Position numbers and translations under genes: made by a program. From the sequence record SRR9188677_231: 64,000 nucleotides of DNA; one strand, given 5' to 3'. This document shows positions 1 through 11,441 of this stretch, piece by piece. The notes beneath the pieces are model-generated. The model saw only the letters and a list, made by a program, of their open reading frames with translations, had not been told where the DNA came from and ran no database searches. Positions within the stretch are counted from its first letter, which is position 1. Every line of letters starts with the position of its first letter.

Positions 1-434
1 TCAACTTTAGGTTCAACTTTAGGTTCAACTAGTGGAGCAGGCTTAGCAGTAGCTGTTTCAGCAACCGCCACTTGCGCAGGCACTGCTTTGGCTGGTTTGT
101 TTGGTGCTGGGGGCGTTACAGGCACTTCTTCGATATGTGCTGCAGGTGTTTCTACCGCAGGCGTTGTCTGAGTGGCGGCATTTGCAGCAGGTGCAGCAGC
201 CTCTACCTCAAGTTCAACATCCTCATCCGGTAATTCAAGTATCGGTTCGCGGTTAGCTTGTTGATTGACGACGGTAATCTCAACATCGTCATGCGCAGGT
301 TCAACGACTCTGTCTTTCAGGACGAAAGGCAATACGATCAACATCAGAATAACTAGGGTGATGGCACCCACCAGCCGCCTGCGGGCTGTTTTCTTAAGGG
401 TCAGTTCTTTGTCTGTCACACTATCTCTTGCCAT
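1..434 (-). CDS. dedD: DedD-like cell division protein, N-terminal part (runs off window)
   Basis: Translated by hand: MARDSVTDKELTLKKTARRRLVGAITLVILMLIVLP, then a Pro/Ala-rich linker with VEPK repeats. Lies directly downstream of folC, as in the conserved accD-folC-dedD order. Confidence 0.8.
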   Translation of the reverse strand, partial: MARDSVTDKELTLKKTARRRLVGAITLVILMLIVLPFVLKDRVVEPAHDDVEITVVNQQANREPILELPDEDVELEVEAAAPAANAATQTTPAVETPAAHIEEVPVTPPAPNKPAKAVPAQVAVAETATAKPAPLVEPKVEPKV

Positions 435-483
435 GTTGTCTTAAATTCTCACTCACATCATTTCACATATTGCTAGTCAACAG

Positions 484-1776
484 CTAGCTTGATGAAGTCC
501 ATTGGTCAGGTGTTATTTCCAGGATGGCAGCCACAGTGAAAAATGAGCCGAACACAATAATTTTATCATTTTTTGCTGCTTTTTTATAACAGCTTCTTAA
601 TGCCGTTGGCAGGTCAGGATGTGTCTTCAATTGCTGATCAGAAACTTTGTGGCTCAGGCACTGCTTAAGATAATCAACACTGGCGGCACGCGGATGCTGG
701 ATAGGCGCGATTTCCCACTCATCGATGACATCATGCAGAATATCTACCACACCGGCGATATCCTTGTCTGACAACATGGAAAATACGGCAACAACCTTAC
801 AACCGTCGGCGCTCAGTTGTTGCAAATTACTACGCAAGGCACGAGCAGCATGCGGGTTATGTGCTACATCCAGAATCACATCCGGCGAGCGATGCCAATA
901 TTGAAAACGACCGACCACTTTTGTCGAGGTCAACCCTTGTCGTAAATCGTCGTCTGTCACTGGTAATTTAGATTGTAGTGCGCGCACTGCATAAATCACG
1001 TTGGCGGCATTTTGCCACTGATAATCACCAAACAATGGTAGCGAACCAATGGCCAGTGAGCCATGAGCGTCACTATATTGCGTATCCGCTAAGTCCATGC
1101 GGTAATCCACACCATAGCGTTTTAATTGCACGCCTAGTGATTCAGCATAATTCAGGAGAGAAATTGGAGGTTGTACATCGCCACAAATGGCAATCTGGTG
1201 TTTACGGTAAATGCCTGCTTTTTCATTGCCGATCAATTCGCGGGTGTCACCCAAAAACTCCATATGATCAAGGTCAACATTAGTCACAATAGCGCAATCG
1301 GCATCGACAATATTGACGGCATCCAGCCTGCCGCCGAGCCCTACTTCGAGAATAACGACATCCAGAGGCTGCTGCTCAAATGCCCACAATGCCGCCAGTG
1401 TACCCATCTCAAAATAAGTCAAAGATATATCTTCGCGCGCTTTTTCTACGGCGGTGAATGCTGCGCATAAAACGTCATCGGCAATCAACTCGCCATTTAA
1501 GCGGACGCGCTCTTGATATTGCACCAGATGCGGTGAAGTGTAACAGCCGACACGGTAGCCAGCTGTAGCATAAATGCCTTCGAGCATGGCACATGTAGAG
1601 CCTTTACCATTTGTACCACCGACGGTGATCACGGTAAAAGGAAATTTCAGATGTAAGCGTGCGGCTACCGCTTGTACCCGTGACAATCCCATTTCTATCG
1701 ATTTGGGATGTAATGACTCTATGAAGCTAAGCCAAGCCTCAACTGTGACAGGAAGCTCGGGCACATGTGACGACAT
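484..1776 (-). CDS. folC: Folylpolyglutamate synthase/dihydrofolate synthase
   Basis: GTNGKGST P-loop, EVGLGGRLDA and DVAHNP motifs. Confidence 0.97.
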   Translation of the reverse strand: MSSHVPELPVTVEAWLSFIESLHPKSIEMGLSRVQAVAARLHLKFPFTVITVGGTNGKGSTCAMLEGIYATAGYRVGCYTSPHLVQYQERVRLNGELIADDVLCAAFTAVEKAREDISLTYFEMGTLAALWAFEQQPLDVVILEVGLGGRLDAVNIVDADCAIVTNVDLDHMEFLGDTRELIGNEKAGIYRKHQIAICGDVQPPISLLNYAESLGVQLKRYGVDYRMDLADTQYSDAHGSLAIGSLPLFGDYQWQNAANVIYAVRALQSKLPVTDDDLRQGLTSTKVVGRFQYWHRSPDVILDVAHNPHAARALRSNLQQLSADGCKVVAVFSMLSDKDIAGVVDILHDVIDEWEIAPIQHPRAASVDYLKQCLSHKVSDQQLKTHPDLPTALRSCYKKAAKNDKIIVFGSFFTVAAILEITPDQWTSSS

Positions 1777-2639
1777 CAGGCAACTTTAGCAATATTCATA
1801 AAACCGGCCAGCAACTGGCTTAATTTTGCGCGCATTTCTCGGCGGTCAATAATCATATCAATCGCGCCATGCGTTAGCAGGAACTCTGCACGCTGGAAGC
1901 CTTCAGGAAGGGTTTCGCGTACTGTTTGCTCAATGACGCGCGGCCCAGCAAATCCGATTAGCGCATTTGGTTCGGCAACAATCACATCACCCAGCATGGC
2001 AAAACTCGCAGAAACGCCACCCATGGTTGGGTCAGTCAGGACTGAGACATAAGGCAAGCCAGCTTCAGAAAGTTTAGTCAATGCTGCGCTGGTCTTGGCC
2101 ATTTGCATTAATGACAGCAAACCTTCCTGCATGCGCGCCCCGCCACTGGCAGAAACACAGATAAAAGCGCATTTGTTTTCAATAGCAGCCTGCACGCCAC
2201 GGACAAAGCGCTCGCCGACTACAGAACCCATAGAGCCGCCCATAAACTTAAACTCGAACGCAGCCACGACAACCGGTACGCGCTCAACCGTACCGCGCAT
2301 CACGATCAATGCATCCTTTTCTTTCACGTCGCGTTGCGCACTGCGCATACGTTCAGTATAGGTCTTGCTATCCTTGAATTTCAAGGCATCGACTGGCGTG
2401 ACATCGGCACCAATTTCAACGCGGCTTTCCGGATCCAGAAACACATTCAGACGCGCGCGGGCCCCCAATCTGTGATGATGGCCACACTGGGGACATACCT
2501 CCAGGTTTGCATCCAGATCAGTACGATACAGCACGGTCTGACAGGCATCACATTTATGCCAAAGTCCTTCCGGCATATTGCGGCGCTCGCCGCTTACCGC
2601 ACGTTTGATTTTTTGAGGAATTTTGTCTAACCAGCTCAT
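1776..2639 (-). CDS. accD: Acetyl-CoA carboxylase carboxyltransferase beta subunit
   Basis: CxxC...CxxC zinc ribbon, [10 protein letters not shown] and SGGARMQEG motifs. Confidence 0.98.
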   Translation of the reverse strand: MSWLDKIPQKIKRAVSGERRNMPEGLWHKCDACQTVLYRTDLDANLEVCPQCGHHHRLGARARLNVFLDPESRVEIGADVTPVDALKFKDSKTYTERMRSAQRDVKEKDALIVMRGTVERVPVVVAAFEFKFMGGSMGSVVGERFVRGVQAAIENKCAFICVSASGGARMQEGLLSLMQMAKTSAALTKLSEAGLPYVSVLTDPTMGGVSASFAMLGDVIVAEPNALIGFAGPRVIEQTVRETLPEGFQRAEFLLTHGAIDMIIDRREMRAKLSQLLAGFMNIAKVA

Positions 2640-2669
2640 AGTCTCTCCTGCTCAAATAATGTGATGCCC

Positions 2670-3470
2670 CTAAACGGAGTCAATCGCAGTACGTAATTCT
2701 TTCATCAAGGCTTGCACATTCGGAATCAGGTTGTGTTCATCTGACTGCTCGATTGCCAGCACCATACGGCTACCTACCACTACCGCATCAGCAATCGCAG
2801 ATACCTCACGTGCAGTCTCTGCATCTTTCACGCCAAATCCCACGCCAATAGGCAAATCAGTACTGCCACGGATTTCAGCCACACGTTTTTTTACTTCAAC
2901 GATGTCAAGATTACCTGCGCCGGTAACGCCTTTAAGCGATACGTAATACAGGAAACCTGTTGCCTGCTTGACAATTAATTCGGTACGCGATGGCTCGGTA
3001 GTCGGGGACAGCAGAAAAATACTATCAATGCCGGCTGCCGCCAGTTGCTTATTGAAGTCTTCACACTCTTCAGGCGGGTAATCAACAGTCAATACGCCAT
3101 CGACACCGGCTTCTTTGGCTAAATTCACAAACTGTAATACACCCATTGCCTCGATAGGGTTAGCATAGCCCATCAGAACAATGGGGGTTTTCTGATTGGT
3201 TTCGCGGAAATCTTTCACCATCGCCAGCACTTTGCGCAAGCCCATTTTATGCATTAACGCACGCTCACTTGCACGCTGAATCACCGGGCCATCCGCCATC
3301 GGGTCAGAAAAAGGCACGCCCAACTCAATCACATCGGCACCGGAGTCAACCAAAGCATGCAATAAAGGTACGGTCTGGTCTGGGTGTGGATCTCCAGCCG
3401 TGAAGTAAGGGATCAGCGCTTTTTTACCTTGCGCTTTTAATTCAGCAAAAACGGATTGAATGCGTGACAT
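2670..3470 (-). CDS. trpA: Tryptophan synthase alpha chain
   Basis: ELGVPFSDPMADGPVIQ and GVTG motifs. Confidence 0.98.
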   Translation of the reverse strand: MSRIQSVFAELKAQGKKALIPYFTAGDPHPDQTVPLLHALVDSGADVIELGVPFSDPMADGPVIQRASERALMHKMGLRKVLAMVKDFRETNQKTPIVLMGYANPIEAMGVLQFVNLAKEAGVDGVLTVDYPPEECEDFNKQLAAAGIDSIFLLSPTTEPSRTELIVKQATGFLYYVSLKGVTGAGNLDIVEVKKRVAEIRGSTDLPIGVGFGVKDAETAREVSAIADAVVVGSRMVLAIEQSDEHNLIPNVQALMKELRTAIDSV

Positions 3471-3533
3471 AGCAAAAAATTCTTTTTTCTAATGGATGGG
3501 CTATTTATAGTCTGGACTAGCTAATTGGCTGCA

Positions 3534-4736
3534 TCAGAGTGTGATGTTAGATAGCTTAGCAACGGTATTAATATCTTTATCACCGCGTCCTGACAGATTC
3601 ACAAGCACCACTTGGTCCGGTGACATTGTTCTAGCCAGTTTTTCTCCATAAGCTAAGGCATGGCTTGATTCCATTGCCGGAATAATGCCTTCTGTACGAC
3701 AGAGCTGGTGAAATGCATGCATGGCTTCGTCATCTGTGATCGCTACATATTCAGCGCGCTTGATATCTTTTAACCATGCATGCTCCGGGCCTACTCCCGG
3801 ATAGTCGAGGCCAGCTGAGATAGAGTGTGTTTCAACGATATTGCCGTCTTCATCCTGCATCAGGTAAGTACGGTTGCCATGCAATACACCAATCGGGCTG
3901 TTCGCAGTTAGGGGAGCAGCATGGCTTCCGGTTTCAAGACCATGCCCTGCTGCTTCTACGCCAATCAGGCGCACGCCTTCAACATCAATGTAGGGATAGA
4001 AAATCCCCATCGCATTGGAACCACCGCCCACACAGGCCACCACCGCATCAGGCTGGCGACCTATCATTTCCTGCATTTGCTGTTTGGCTTCAATACCGAT
4101 CACCGCCTGGAAATCGCGCACCATCATCGGATAAGGATGCGGACCGGCAACTGTGCCAATAATGTAAAACGTATTGGAGATATTAGTAACCCAGTCACGC
4201 ATTGCTTCATTCAGTGCGTCTTTCAGGGTTTTAGAGCCGCTTTCTACAGGGATAACTGTCGCACCCAGCAGTTTCATGCGAAATACATTAGGTGCCTGAC
4301 GCTTCACATCTTCGGCGCCCATGTACACCACGCACTCTAGGCCCAAACGAGCAGCGATGGTTGCGGTTGCCACGCCATGCTGCCCTGCGCCTGTTTCTGC
4401 AATCACGCGCGGCTTACCCATACGCTTGGCCAACAAAGCCTGGCCTATGGTGTTGTTAATTTTGTGCGCGCCAGTATGGTTTAAATCTTCGCGCTTAAGG
4501 TAGATCTGGGCGCCGCCGATTTTATCGGACAAGCGCTTGGCATGATAAATCGGGCTTGGACGGCCAACAAAATGTTTGAGATCGTAAGCAAATTCAGCTA
4601 AAAACTCAGGATCATGGCGATACTTTTCATACATCAGCCGCAGCTCTTCCAGTGCTTCTACCAAAGTTTCCGCGACGAAAATTCCACCAAATGGACCAAA
4701 ATGGCCATGTTTATCTGGCATGTCATACACTTGCAT
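3534..4736 (-). CDS. trpB: Tryptophan synthase beta chain
   Basis: [12 protein letters not shown] (PLP lysine) and ETGAGQHG motifs. Confidence 0.99.
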   Translation of the reverse strand: MQVYDMPDKHGHFGPFGGIFVAETLVEALEELRLMYEKYRHDPEFLAEFAYDLKHFVGRPSPIYHAKRLSDKIGGAQIYLKREDLNHTGAHKINNTIGQALLAKRMGKPRVIAETGAGQHGVATATIAARLGLECVVYMGAEDVKRQAPNVFRMKLLGATVIPVESGSKTLKDALNEAMRDWVTNISNTFYIIGTVAGPHPYPMMVRDFQAVIGIEAKQQMQEMIGRQPDAVVACVGGGSNAMGIFYPYIDVEGVRLIGVEAAGHGLETGSHAAPLTANSPIGVLHGNRTYLMQDEDGNIVETHSISAGLDYPGVGPEHAWLKDIKRAEYVAITDDEAMHAFHQLCRTEGIIPAMESSHALAYGEKLARTMSPDQVVLVNLSGRGDKDINTVAKLSNITL

Positions 4737-4788
4737 GCGTTACTCCGTATATCGTTCTGTTATTCAAACCGCCCCAGTGCATACCTTC

Positions 4789-5430
4789 TCAACCTGCATT
4801 GCGTCTTGCATCGTATTGGGTAACCTGCTGCATAAATGCTGCTATTTTTTCTGGGGATTTAATCCCTTTTTGCGCCTCTACACCACCGCTCACATCCACG
4901 GCATAAGGCTGAACCTGTTGCAATGCATCAGCGACATTCAGAGGATTTAATCCACCAGCCAAAACCAGTGGTTTTTTTAACCCGGCAGGGATCAATCCCC
5001 AATCAAATGTCTGGCCTGTCCCCCCAACTGCTTTTTCTGAAAAAGTATCCAGCAATAAGGCGGAAGCCGACGCAAAATCAAGCTCGCATTGTACCAAACT
5101 TACATCCGGTTTGACGCGGATTGCTTTGTAATATGGCAGATTAAATTTCTCGCAATAATCCGCCGCTTCGTCGCCATGAAACTGCAGGCAATCCAGAGAA
5201 GTCGTATCTATCACCTGTTGCACCTCGCTGGCAGAAGCATTCACAAAAAGGCCAACCTTACCAACATAAGGCGGTAAATTTTTAATGATAGCCTGCGCCT
5301 GGGCTGCGCTTACAGCACGCGGACTTGGCGCATAAAACACAAATCCGAGAGCATCAGCTCCGGCATCAATAGCCGCCCAAGCATCCTCCTGCCTGGTAAT
5401 GCCACAAATTTTAACTCTGGTTCTTTTCAT
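4789..5430 (-). CDS. trpF: Phosphoribosylanthranilate isomerase
   Basis: RVKICGIT, LAGGLNP and DVSGGVE motifs; start placed at MKRTRVK. Confidence 0.96.
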   Translation of the reverse strand: MKRTRVKICGITRQEDAWAAIDAGADALGFVFYAPSPRAVSAAQAQAIIKNLPPYVGKVGLFVNASASEVQQVIDTTSLDCLQFHGDEAADYCEKFNLPYYKAIRVKPDVSLVQCELDFASASALLLDTFSEKAVGGTGQTFDWGLIPAGLKKPLVLAGGLNPLNVADALQQVQPYAVDVSGGVEAQKGIKSPEKIAAFMQQVTQYDARRNAG

Positions 5431-5448
5431 ATGCCTCATGGACCTTAT

Positions 5449-6222
5449 TTAGTCCCACTTTGTTTCACAGGGTGGCAGTTGCCAATGCGTATCATAGGTC
5501 ACGCCCGTAAAGTACAAGCCATCCGGCATAAACGTGGGGGGTGAAAGCGTTCTATCTTTACGCTGGAGCAATTCAGCAAATTCGGCGACCGTCAGTTTGC
5601 CTTGACCGACATAGATTAATGCCCCGACGACATTACGTATCTGGTGTTGCAGAAAAGCATTTGCCTGAAAGCTGAAAACTATATGTTTGCCTTGCTGGCT
5701 TACTTCGGCACGGTGCATGGTGCGTATCGGGGAACTAGCCTGGCATTCACTGGCGCGAAACGCGCTGAAATCATGCTCGCCTAATAAGAATTCGGCGGCA
5801 AGTTGCATCGGTGCAATGTCCAACGGTCTATGGTACCAGCCTACACGACCATGCTGGGTCGCTGGTGCCACAGCATGGTTATAGAGCACATATTGGTAAC
5901 TGCGTGCCTTGGCGCTAAATCGGGCATGAAAATCATCAGCGACTTCCCGCGCCCACAAGATGCGGATCCATGGTGGCAAATGCGCATTGGTACCACGAAC
6001 CCATGCACTTTGTGGCCGTGCTACCGTCGTTTCAAAATGGGCAACCTGCATTAACGCATGGACACCGGTATCAGTCCGGCCAGCCGCATGCAGCCTTACC
6101 GACTCACCACCAACCATTGCTATGGCTTGCTCAATTGCATCCTGTACCCCACGGCCATTAGGCTGGCTTTGCCATCCCTGAAAATAAGCACCATGATATT
6201 CAATGCCAATCGCAATTTTCAT
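5449..6222 (-). CDS. truA: tRNA pseudouridine(38-40) synthase
   Basis: GWQSQ and AGRTDTGVHA motifs; start placed at MKIAIGIEY. Confidence 0.96.
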   Translation of the reverse strand: MKIAIGIEYHGAYFQGWQSQPNGRGVQDAIEQAIAMVGGESVRLHAAGRTDTGVHALMQVAHFETTVARPQSAWVRGTNAHLPPWIRILWAREVADDFHARFSAKARSYQYVLYNHAVAPATQHGRVGWYHRPLDIAPMQLAAEFLLGEHDFSAFRASECQASSPIRTMHRAEVSQQGKHIVFSFQANAFLQHQIRNVVGALIYVGQGKLTVAEFAELLQRKDRTLSPPTFMPDGLYFTGVTYDTHWQLPPCETKWD

Positions 6223-6351
6223 GGCGCATAGTATAAGGGCTGTCAGGTATAACACCTAATAGCGCAAAGCTTTGAATCAATATTTTCTTATTCGTGCTGG
6301 CTTTTGGCTGATCCATACCATTGCTATGCGTCTACTTCATCTTCAAATAAA

Positions 6352-6372
6352 AAGGCCGGAAAACCCGGCCTT
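6352..6372 (-). terminator. Probable intrinsic terminator after fimV
   Basis: aaggccgg-aaaac-ccggcctt hairpin followed by a T-run on the minus strand. Confidence 0.6.
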
Positions 6373-6375
6373 GTT

Positions 6376-9339
6376 TTATGCAACTTTAGCAAGCAACTCA
6401 CTAGCTCGTTGCCGTTGGCGTTCACCACCCTCGGTAAGCACTTCTTCGATCAATTCCTTGGCGCCTATCATATCTTCCATATCGATATAGGCCTGGATCA
6501 AATCCAGCTTGGTATTAACCTCTTCTGGCTCACCATCAAACTCAACCAGGCTTTCCTCAGGCTTTTCTGTGACATCCAGTGAAATTTCAGGGAAAGCGGT
6601 CTCGGTACTGAAGGTTTCGGCAGGTACGCGGCTGAGCACTTCGTCATCCACATTGTCGAGGCGGATATCATCGATATCGAGTGCATCCTCTTCTTCAGCA
6701 GTCTTGATAGTCGTATCATTTGGCCCTCCCAGCTCCAGCGAAAGCTCAGGTAGAGATTCAAACACAGCATCATCCGATGATAGCGTCTGCTCACCTGTCG
6801 CCTGTGTAGCAGCCTGATTATCTCTGACTGAACTTGAAGAGTCGTCATCAAGATTCAGGGAGGGTAAGTCCAGCGCTTTTGGTGTTAGCTCTGCATCAAC
6901 CACTGCATTTGGCACCGATGTCTGCTCAATTGTTTCTTTTTCAGAGCTTTGTTCAAAGCGAAGTTCAGTATTAAGGTCTGGTTTCTCTGAGTCCTCGGAC
7001 TGAGGTGCTTTTTCGTTAGCCAGAATATTTTCTTGCTGAACAGGCTCGATGATTAAATCGTCTGAAGGCGTTTCTAGCAATTCCGGCAAATTATCTGCAG
7101 GTTTGTTATCAGAATTATCAAAGTCTGTTTGTAATTCTGCAAATTTTTCCGGTTTACTTTCGGTCAGTGTGGGTTCAGTAAATGTATTTACGCTTGATGA
7201 ATCTTCAGTCGAAACTTCTACACCTGCATTGCCCGCATTATCAGTATTATTTTTTTTGCTATTATCAGATGATTCGAATTCAAGCGCTGGCGCTTCAAAA
7301 TTGAAGTGGTAGCCTTGATCTGCACTATCTGCTTCAACCACGGGTGTTTCGAGGCCGGTATTATCAAGCGCCGGCATCTGGTAAAGTGAATTTTCAGGAT
7401 CCAGCTTCTGCCCCATCGCCACTACTTTAGACCAGGTCTGGTCATTAGGGCCGACATTGGCGTAAATCTCCCCAGCCAATGATTCAAATGCTCCCTTGTT
7501 AGCCGTACTTTGGTAAATTTCAAGCAGCTTTAACTTGAGCTCCTGCCGTTCGGGATCTTTTTGAATCGCATCCTTGAGAATTTCTTCTGCCTGCGCATCA
7601 CGACCGTAAGCCATGTAGACTTCGGCTTCAGCAATCGGGTCAACATCGTGTGAGTCGATCATCCCGCCTACACCACTTTGCGAGAAGTCGGTCAAGAAAG
7701 AGGTGTCACCAGAAGCAGCCTGGGTATCACCAAATACAGTGTTGTTCTGCATTTCAGTCGCTGGTGAAGTCAGGATCGCATCTTCAAAGGTATCAATTTC
7801 TTTTTTACGGCGAATGCGGATCAGTGCCCAAACACAAATCAGGATAGGCAAGGCAATCAAGGCCCATGGCAATACGGGACTGATTCCTTTCAAGCGCGCC
7901 ATCAGCACATGCATGAAAGATGGCTGCTCTGCTTCAATAGCAGGCTCAGCCGGAACAGGTTCTGTATTCGCTTTAGGCGAATCCTGAACAGCGGGTGCCG
8001 GTTTGCTTTCGGCGGGTACTGCAGACGTTTCAGTGGCCTGAGTGGCAGGTACTTCAGTTTTGGATTCCGGGCCTTGGGCTTCAGGTGTTTTGGTATCAGG
8101 AGCCGTAGCTTGTGCAGCATTTTTCTCCGCCTGCGCCATGGCATTATTTTTCATCTCTACCAGTTTTTTCATGTCGGCGACTTGTTTTTCAAGCGCTGCG
8201 GCACGCGATTGCTCTTCCTTGATAGCGTTTTCTTTAGCGATGGCTTCTTCCTTGGCAGCATTTTCCGAAGCTTTAGAAGCGGCTTTATCGGTTTGGGTGC
8301 CAGACTTTTCATCGCCGGCAGACAGCTTCAGTGTATCTTTGCCTGCTGGTATTTGTGGTACCGGCTTGTCCTGTGCACTACCAATTTTGCCAGCGGATTG
8401 CTGGGTGTTACCGCCGGTTTCACTGGCAGCAGATTTTTCCACTACATTGGACAAGGCATTTTTATACGCCAGCCAATTTGTATTGTGTTCGGCCACCAGA
8501 TTTTTGGCTTGCTGGTTGCTGATGGCATTTAAAGTGTCTTGATCCGGCATGCGGATAATCTTGCCCACTTTCAAACGGTTCATGTTTTTACCATCAAACG
8601 CATCCTGGTTTGATCGGTAAAGTGCCGCCAGCATTTGCTCGACACTGACATTATCCGGTTTCATTTGCCGCGCGATGGCATACAGCGTATCGCCTCGGTC
8701 AGTGGTGAGTGGGTCCGGCGTATCAACGTTTTCAGCGGATGGTTCAGGTTTGGGCGTTGGCTTGGGAGCCACGGCGCGGTTAGCTGGCGACTTTTTCGAA
8801 GCAGGCTTGCTTGTAACAGGCTGTTCAATGTCGGCTGCAGGCACCGTTTCCACTTTAGGTGTTTCAGCGCGGGCTTGCGGTTGTCCGGTCACGGGCAACC
8901 CTGATGATTCAGACACGTAGTTAGAATTAAATCCAGGAGGGTCCAGCAAGAGGGTGTATTCTTTGACCAGTCGCCCGGTCGGCCAATCTACTTGGATCAG
9001 CATATCCAGGAAAGCTTCGGTAATCGGTTGTGAACTGGTGAGTTTAAGGATGGGCTGACCCTTGCTATTGTTGCCAACCTCAATCTGAATATATGGGTAA
9101 GAAGCAGGTTTTTCCAGCATCTGATCTTGATACACCTGATCAGCGGCTAGCGCGGCCTGGATACTATTTAATTCGCCTGGCGCAACCGCCAGCAATTCAA
9201 TTTCTGCATTCAGTGGTTCCCCCAGTTTTGAAGTGGAGGTCATTGTTCCCAGACCTGCAGCGTGCGCAACAATTGCTGCGCTCAAGCTCAACCCCAGACT
9301 TAATGTAAAGGCTAATTTTTTTAATTTAAATTTAGGCAC
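6376..9339 (-). CDS. fimV: FimV/HubP polar landmark protein
   Basis: GRLVKEYTLLLDP N-domain, LysM-like segment, TM helix, DPIAEAEVYMAYGR, acidic linker, C-terminal TKLDLIQAYIDMED; asd-fimV-truA synteny. Confidence 0.93.
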   Translation of the reverse strand: MPKFKLKKLAFTLSLGLSLSAAIVAHAAGLGTMTSTSKLGEPLNAEIELLAVAPGELNSIQAALAADQVYQDQMLEKPASYPYIQIEVGNNSKGQPILKLTSSQPITEAFLDMLIQVDWPTGRLVKEYTLLLDPPGFNSNYVSESSGLPVTGQPQARAETPKVETVPAADIEQPVTSKPASKKSPANRAVAPKPTPKPEPSAENVDTPDPLTTDRGDTLYAIARQMKPDNVSVEQMLAALYRSNQDAFDGKNMNRLKVGKIIRMPDQDTLNAISNQQAKNLVAEHNTNWLAYKNALSNVVEKSAASETGGNTQQSAGKIGSAQDKPVPQIPAGKDTLKLSAGDEKSGTQTDKAASKASENAAKEEAIAKENAIKEEQSRAAALEKQVADMKKLVEMKNNAMAQAEKNAAQATAPDTKTPEAQGPESKTEVPATQATETSAVPAESKPAPAVQDSPKANTEPVPAEPAIEAEQPSFMHVLMARLKGISPVLPWALIALPILICVWALIRIRRKKEIDTFEDAILTSPATEMQNNTVFGDTQAASGDTSFLTDFSQSGVGGMIDSHDVDPIAEAEVYMAYGRDAQAEEILKDAIQKDPERQELKLKLLEIYQSTANKGAFESLAGEIYANVGPNDQTWSKVVAMGQKLDPENSLYQMPALDNTGLETPVVEADSADQGYHFNFEAPALEFESSDNSKKNNTDNAGNAGVEVSTEDSSSVNTFTEPTLTESKPEKFAELQTDFDNSDNKPADNLPELLETPSDDLIIEPVQQENILANEKAPQSEDSEKPDLNTELRFEQSSEKETIEQTSVPNAVVDAELTPKALDLPSLNLDDDSSSSVRDNQAATQATGEQTLSSDDAVFESLPELSLELGGPNDTTIKTAEEEDALDIDDIRLDNVDDEVLSRVPAETFSTETAFPEISLDVTEKPEESLVEFDGEPEEVNTKLDLIQAYIDMEDMIGAKELIEEVLTEGGERQRQRASELLAKVA

Positions 9340-9548
9340 CGTTTAACCCTTGTCATTCATGGCGATTGTCAACATAGCATCAATCAGTAAGCCACGCAAG
9401 CACGCCAATTGCCACCCTGCTTGCCACAAACTTACCTTGCTTGGACTCTATCATCCATTAAACCTGAATGCATGCAAAACAAAAGCCCGAAAAGACCATG
9501 ATTTTATTAACAAATCATGGCTTTACGGGCTGCAATTTAATTAATTAC

Positions 9549-10661
9549 TTAAGCTTCAACCAGAATACGTAACATACGACGCAGAGGTTCTGCTGCACCC
9601 CAGAGTAACTGGTCGCCAACGGTAAAAGCTGACAGGTATTCGCCACCCATGGCCAGCTTGCGCAAACGGCCAACCGGGGTTGTTAACGTACCCGTCACGG
9701 CCGCAGGCGTTAATTCACGCATGCTGACTTCGCGCTCATTAGGAATCACTTTGGCCCACTGGTTGGCTTCTGCCAACATCTGGTTGATTTCATCCAGCGG
9801 CACATCCTGGCGCAACTTCAGGGTTAAGGCTTGTGAATGGCAACGCATTGCACCAATGCGCACGCACAGACCATCAATCACAATCGGGTTGGCTTCACGA
9901 CCCAGAATCTTGTTGGTCTCTACACCGCCCTTCCATTCCTCCTTGCTTTGGCCGTTACCCAGATCCTTATCAACCCACGGGATCAGGCTACCAGCCAAAG
10001 GCACGCCAAAATTAGAAGTAGGTAAATCACCGCTCCGAATAGTATCGGCTACAGTTTTATCAATCTCAAGAATCGCAGAAGCAGGATCGCCCAACAGATT
10101 CGCCGCTGATGCATGAATCACGCCCATTTGTGAAATCAACTCACGCATGTTTTGCGCACCGGCACCTGAAGCTGCCTGGTAAGTCATCGAAGTGGCCCAT
10201 TCCACCAGATCCGCCTTGAACAGACCGTTCAAAGCCATCAGCATTAGGGAAACAGTACAGTTACCACCAATCCAGTTTTTGCCGCCCTGGCTCAATGCAT
10301 CCTTGATCACATGCATATTGACCGGGTCAAGAATCACCACTGCATCTTTTTCCATACGCAAAGTAGAAGCGGCATCAATCCAGTGACCATTCCAGCCACT
10401 GCTGCGCAATTGCGGAAAAATCTCGCTGGTGTAATCACCGCCCTGGCAAGACACAATCGCATCCATGTTGCTCAGTTCAGCAATATCCTTGGCATCTTTT
10501 AGCGCAGGCGAATCCTTGCCAACCTTGGGAGCAGCTCCACCCGTTTGTGATGTAGTGAAAAACTGCGGATCAATATCTGCAAAATCGTTCTCTTGCACCA
10601 TGCGTTGCATGAGCACAGAGCCCACCATACCGCGCCAACCTACAAACCCTACTTTTAACAT
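9549..10661 (-). CDS. asd: Aspartate-semialdehyde dehydrogenase
   Basis: [17 protein letters not shown] and WGAAEPLRR motifs. Confidence 0.98.
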   Translation of the reverse strand: MLKVGFVGWRGMVGSVLMQRMVQENDFADIDPQFFTTSQTGGAAPKVGKDSPALKDAKDIAELSNMDAIVSCQGGDYTSEIFPQLRSSGWNGHWIDAASTLRMEKDAVVILDPVNMHVIKDALSQGGKNWIGGNCTVSLMLMALNGLFKADLVEWATSMTYQAASGAGAQNMRELISQMGVIHASAANLLGDPASAILEIDKTVADTIRSGDLPTSNFGVPLAGSLIPWVDKDLGNGQSKEEWKGGVETNKILGREANPIVIDGLCVRIGAMRCHSQALTLKLRQDVPLDEINQMLAEANQWAKVIPNEREVSMRELTPAAVTGTLTTPVGRLRKLAMGGEYLSAFTVGDQLLWGAAEPLRRMLRILVEA

Positions 10662-10702
10662 GTGATCTCATTATTCTCGCCGGTCATCCCGGCATCAAAA
10701 CA

Positions 10703-10825
10703 TTATTCGGATGCTTTTTTCTGCACAGCTTCACCAGCTTTTTCCATATCCTTGCCCACACCGTTCATGGTATTGCAACCTGCCAACACCATCGTCACAA
10801 CCAATAGCATCATTAACTTTTTCAT
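10703..10825 (-). CDS. Entericidin A/B family lipoprotein (40 aa, below ORF-track cutoff)
   Basis: MKKLMMLLVVTMVLAGCNTMNGVGKDMEKAGEAVQKKASE; lipobox LAGC, CNTxxGxGKD signature, AAGGAG RBS. Confidence 0.88.
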   Translation of the reverse strand: MKKLMMLLVVTMVLAGCNTMNGVGKDMEKAGEAVQKKASE

Positions 10826-10842
10826 TTATTTTCTCCTTAAAA

Positions 10843-11337
10843 TTAATCTCTGAAATTACCAAACTTCAACGGAAAATCCGTCACACTCTTTTTAACATAC
10901 GCAATGGCATCCTGCAATAAATCGCGTTTAGCACCATTAACCCGCACTGTATCGCCTTGAATAGTGGCTTGCACTTTCATTCCGCTGTCTTTGATCAGCT
11001 TGGTGATTTTCTTGGCCAAGTCGCTATCAATACCATCTTGCACGCGCAGATCCTGTTTCACCTTGTTACCTGAGACCTTTTGTACGTCCTTGTGTTCAAG
11101 TCGCTTGGAAGACTCCGGTTCTTTCTTTTCCATTGCTGGAAGCAAAATATCTTTTATCTGGTCCAGTTGAAAATCATTGTCACCAAACAAGGTAATGACC
11201 TTGTCTTTTTCGTTAAATTCGACTTTGGCAGATGTACCTTTGAAATCGTAACGATTGGTGATCTGTTTAATTGAAGCATCAATCGAGTTTTTTAAGTTGA
11301 CCATATCAACTTCAGAAGTAATATCAAAACTGGGCAT
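10843..11337 (-). CDS. yajQ: YajQ family nucleotide-binding protein
   Basis: MPSFDI, RYDFKG, KVQATIQGD and FGNFRD motifs. Confidence 0.95.
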   Translation of the reverse strand: MPSFDITSEVDMVNLKNSIDASIKQITNRYDFKGTSAKVEFNEKDKVITLFGDNDFQLDQIKDILLPAMEKKEPESSKRLEHKDVQKVSGNKVKQDLRVQDGIDSDLAKKITKLIKDSGMKVQATIQGDTVRVNGAKRDLLQDAIAYVKKSVTDFPLKFGNFRD

Positions 11338-11359
11338 CTTTGAAAACCTTTCAAGCGAT

Positions 11360-11427
11360 GGCAGAGCAAGGCGTTAGCTCGCAGGCAGTACATTAAGTAC
11401 GACAAGCGCTAACAACACCGCTCTGCC
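11360..11427. repeat. Intergenic nested palindromic element
   Basis: ggcagagc/gctctgcc and gttagc/gctaac arms around a gtac-attaa-gtac core. Confidence 0.55.
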
Positions 11428-11441
11428 GAGCAATCACACAA

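Noticed and set aside
1-30. 12-bp tandem repeat (ggttcaacttta)
   Set aside because: Encodes VEPK repeats in the DedD linker; not a CRISPR or regulatory array.
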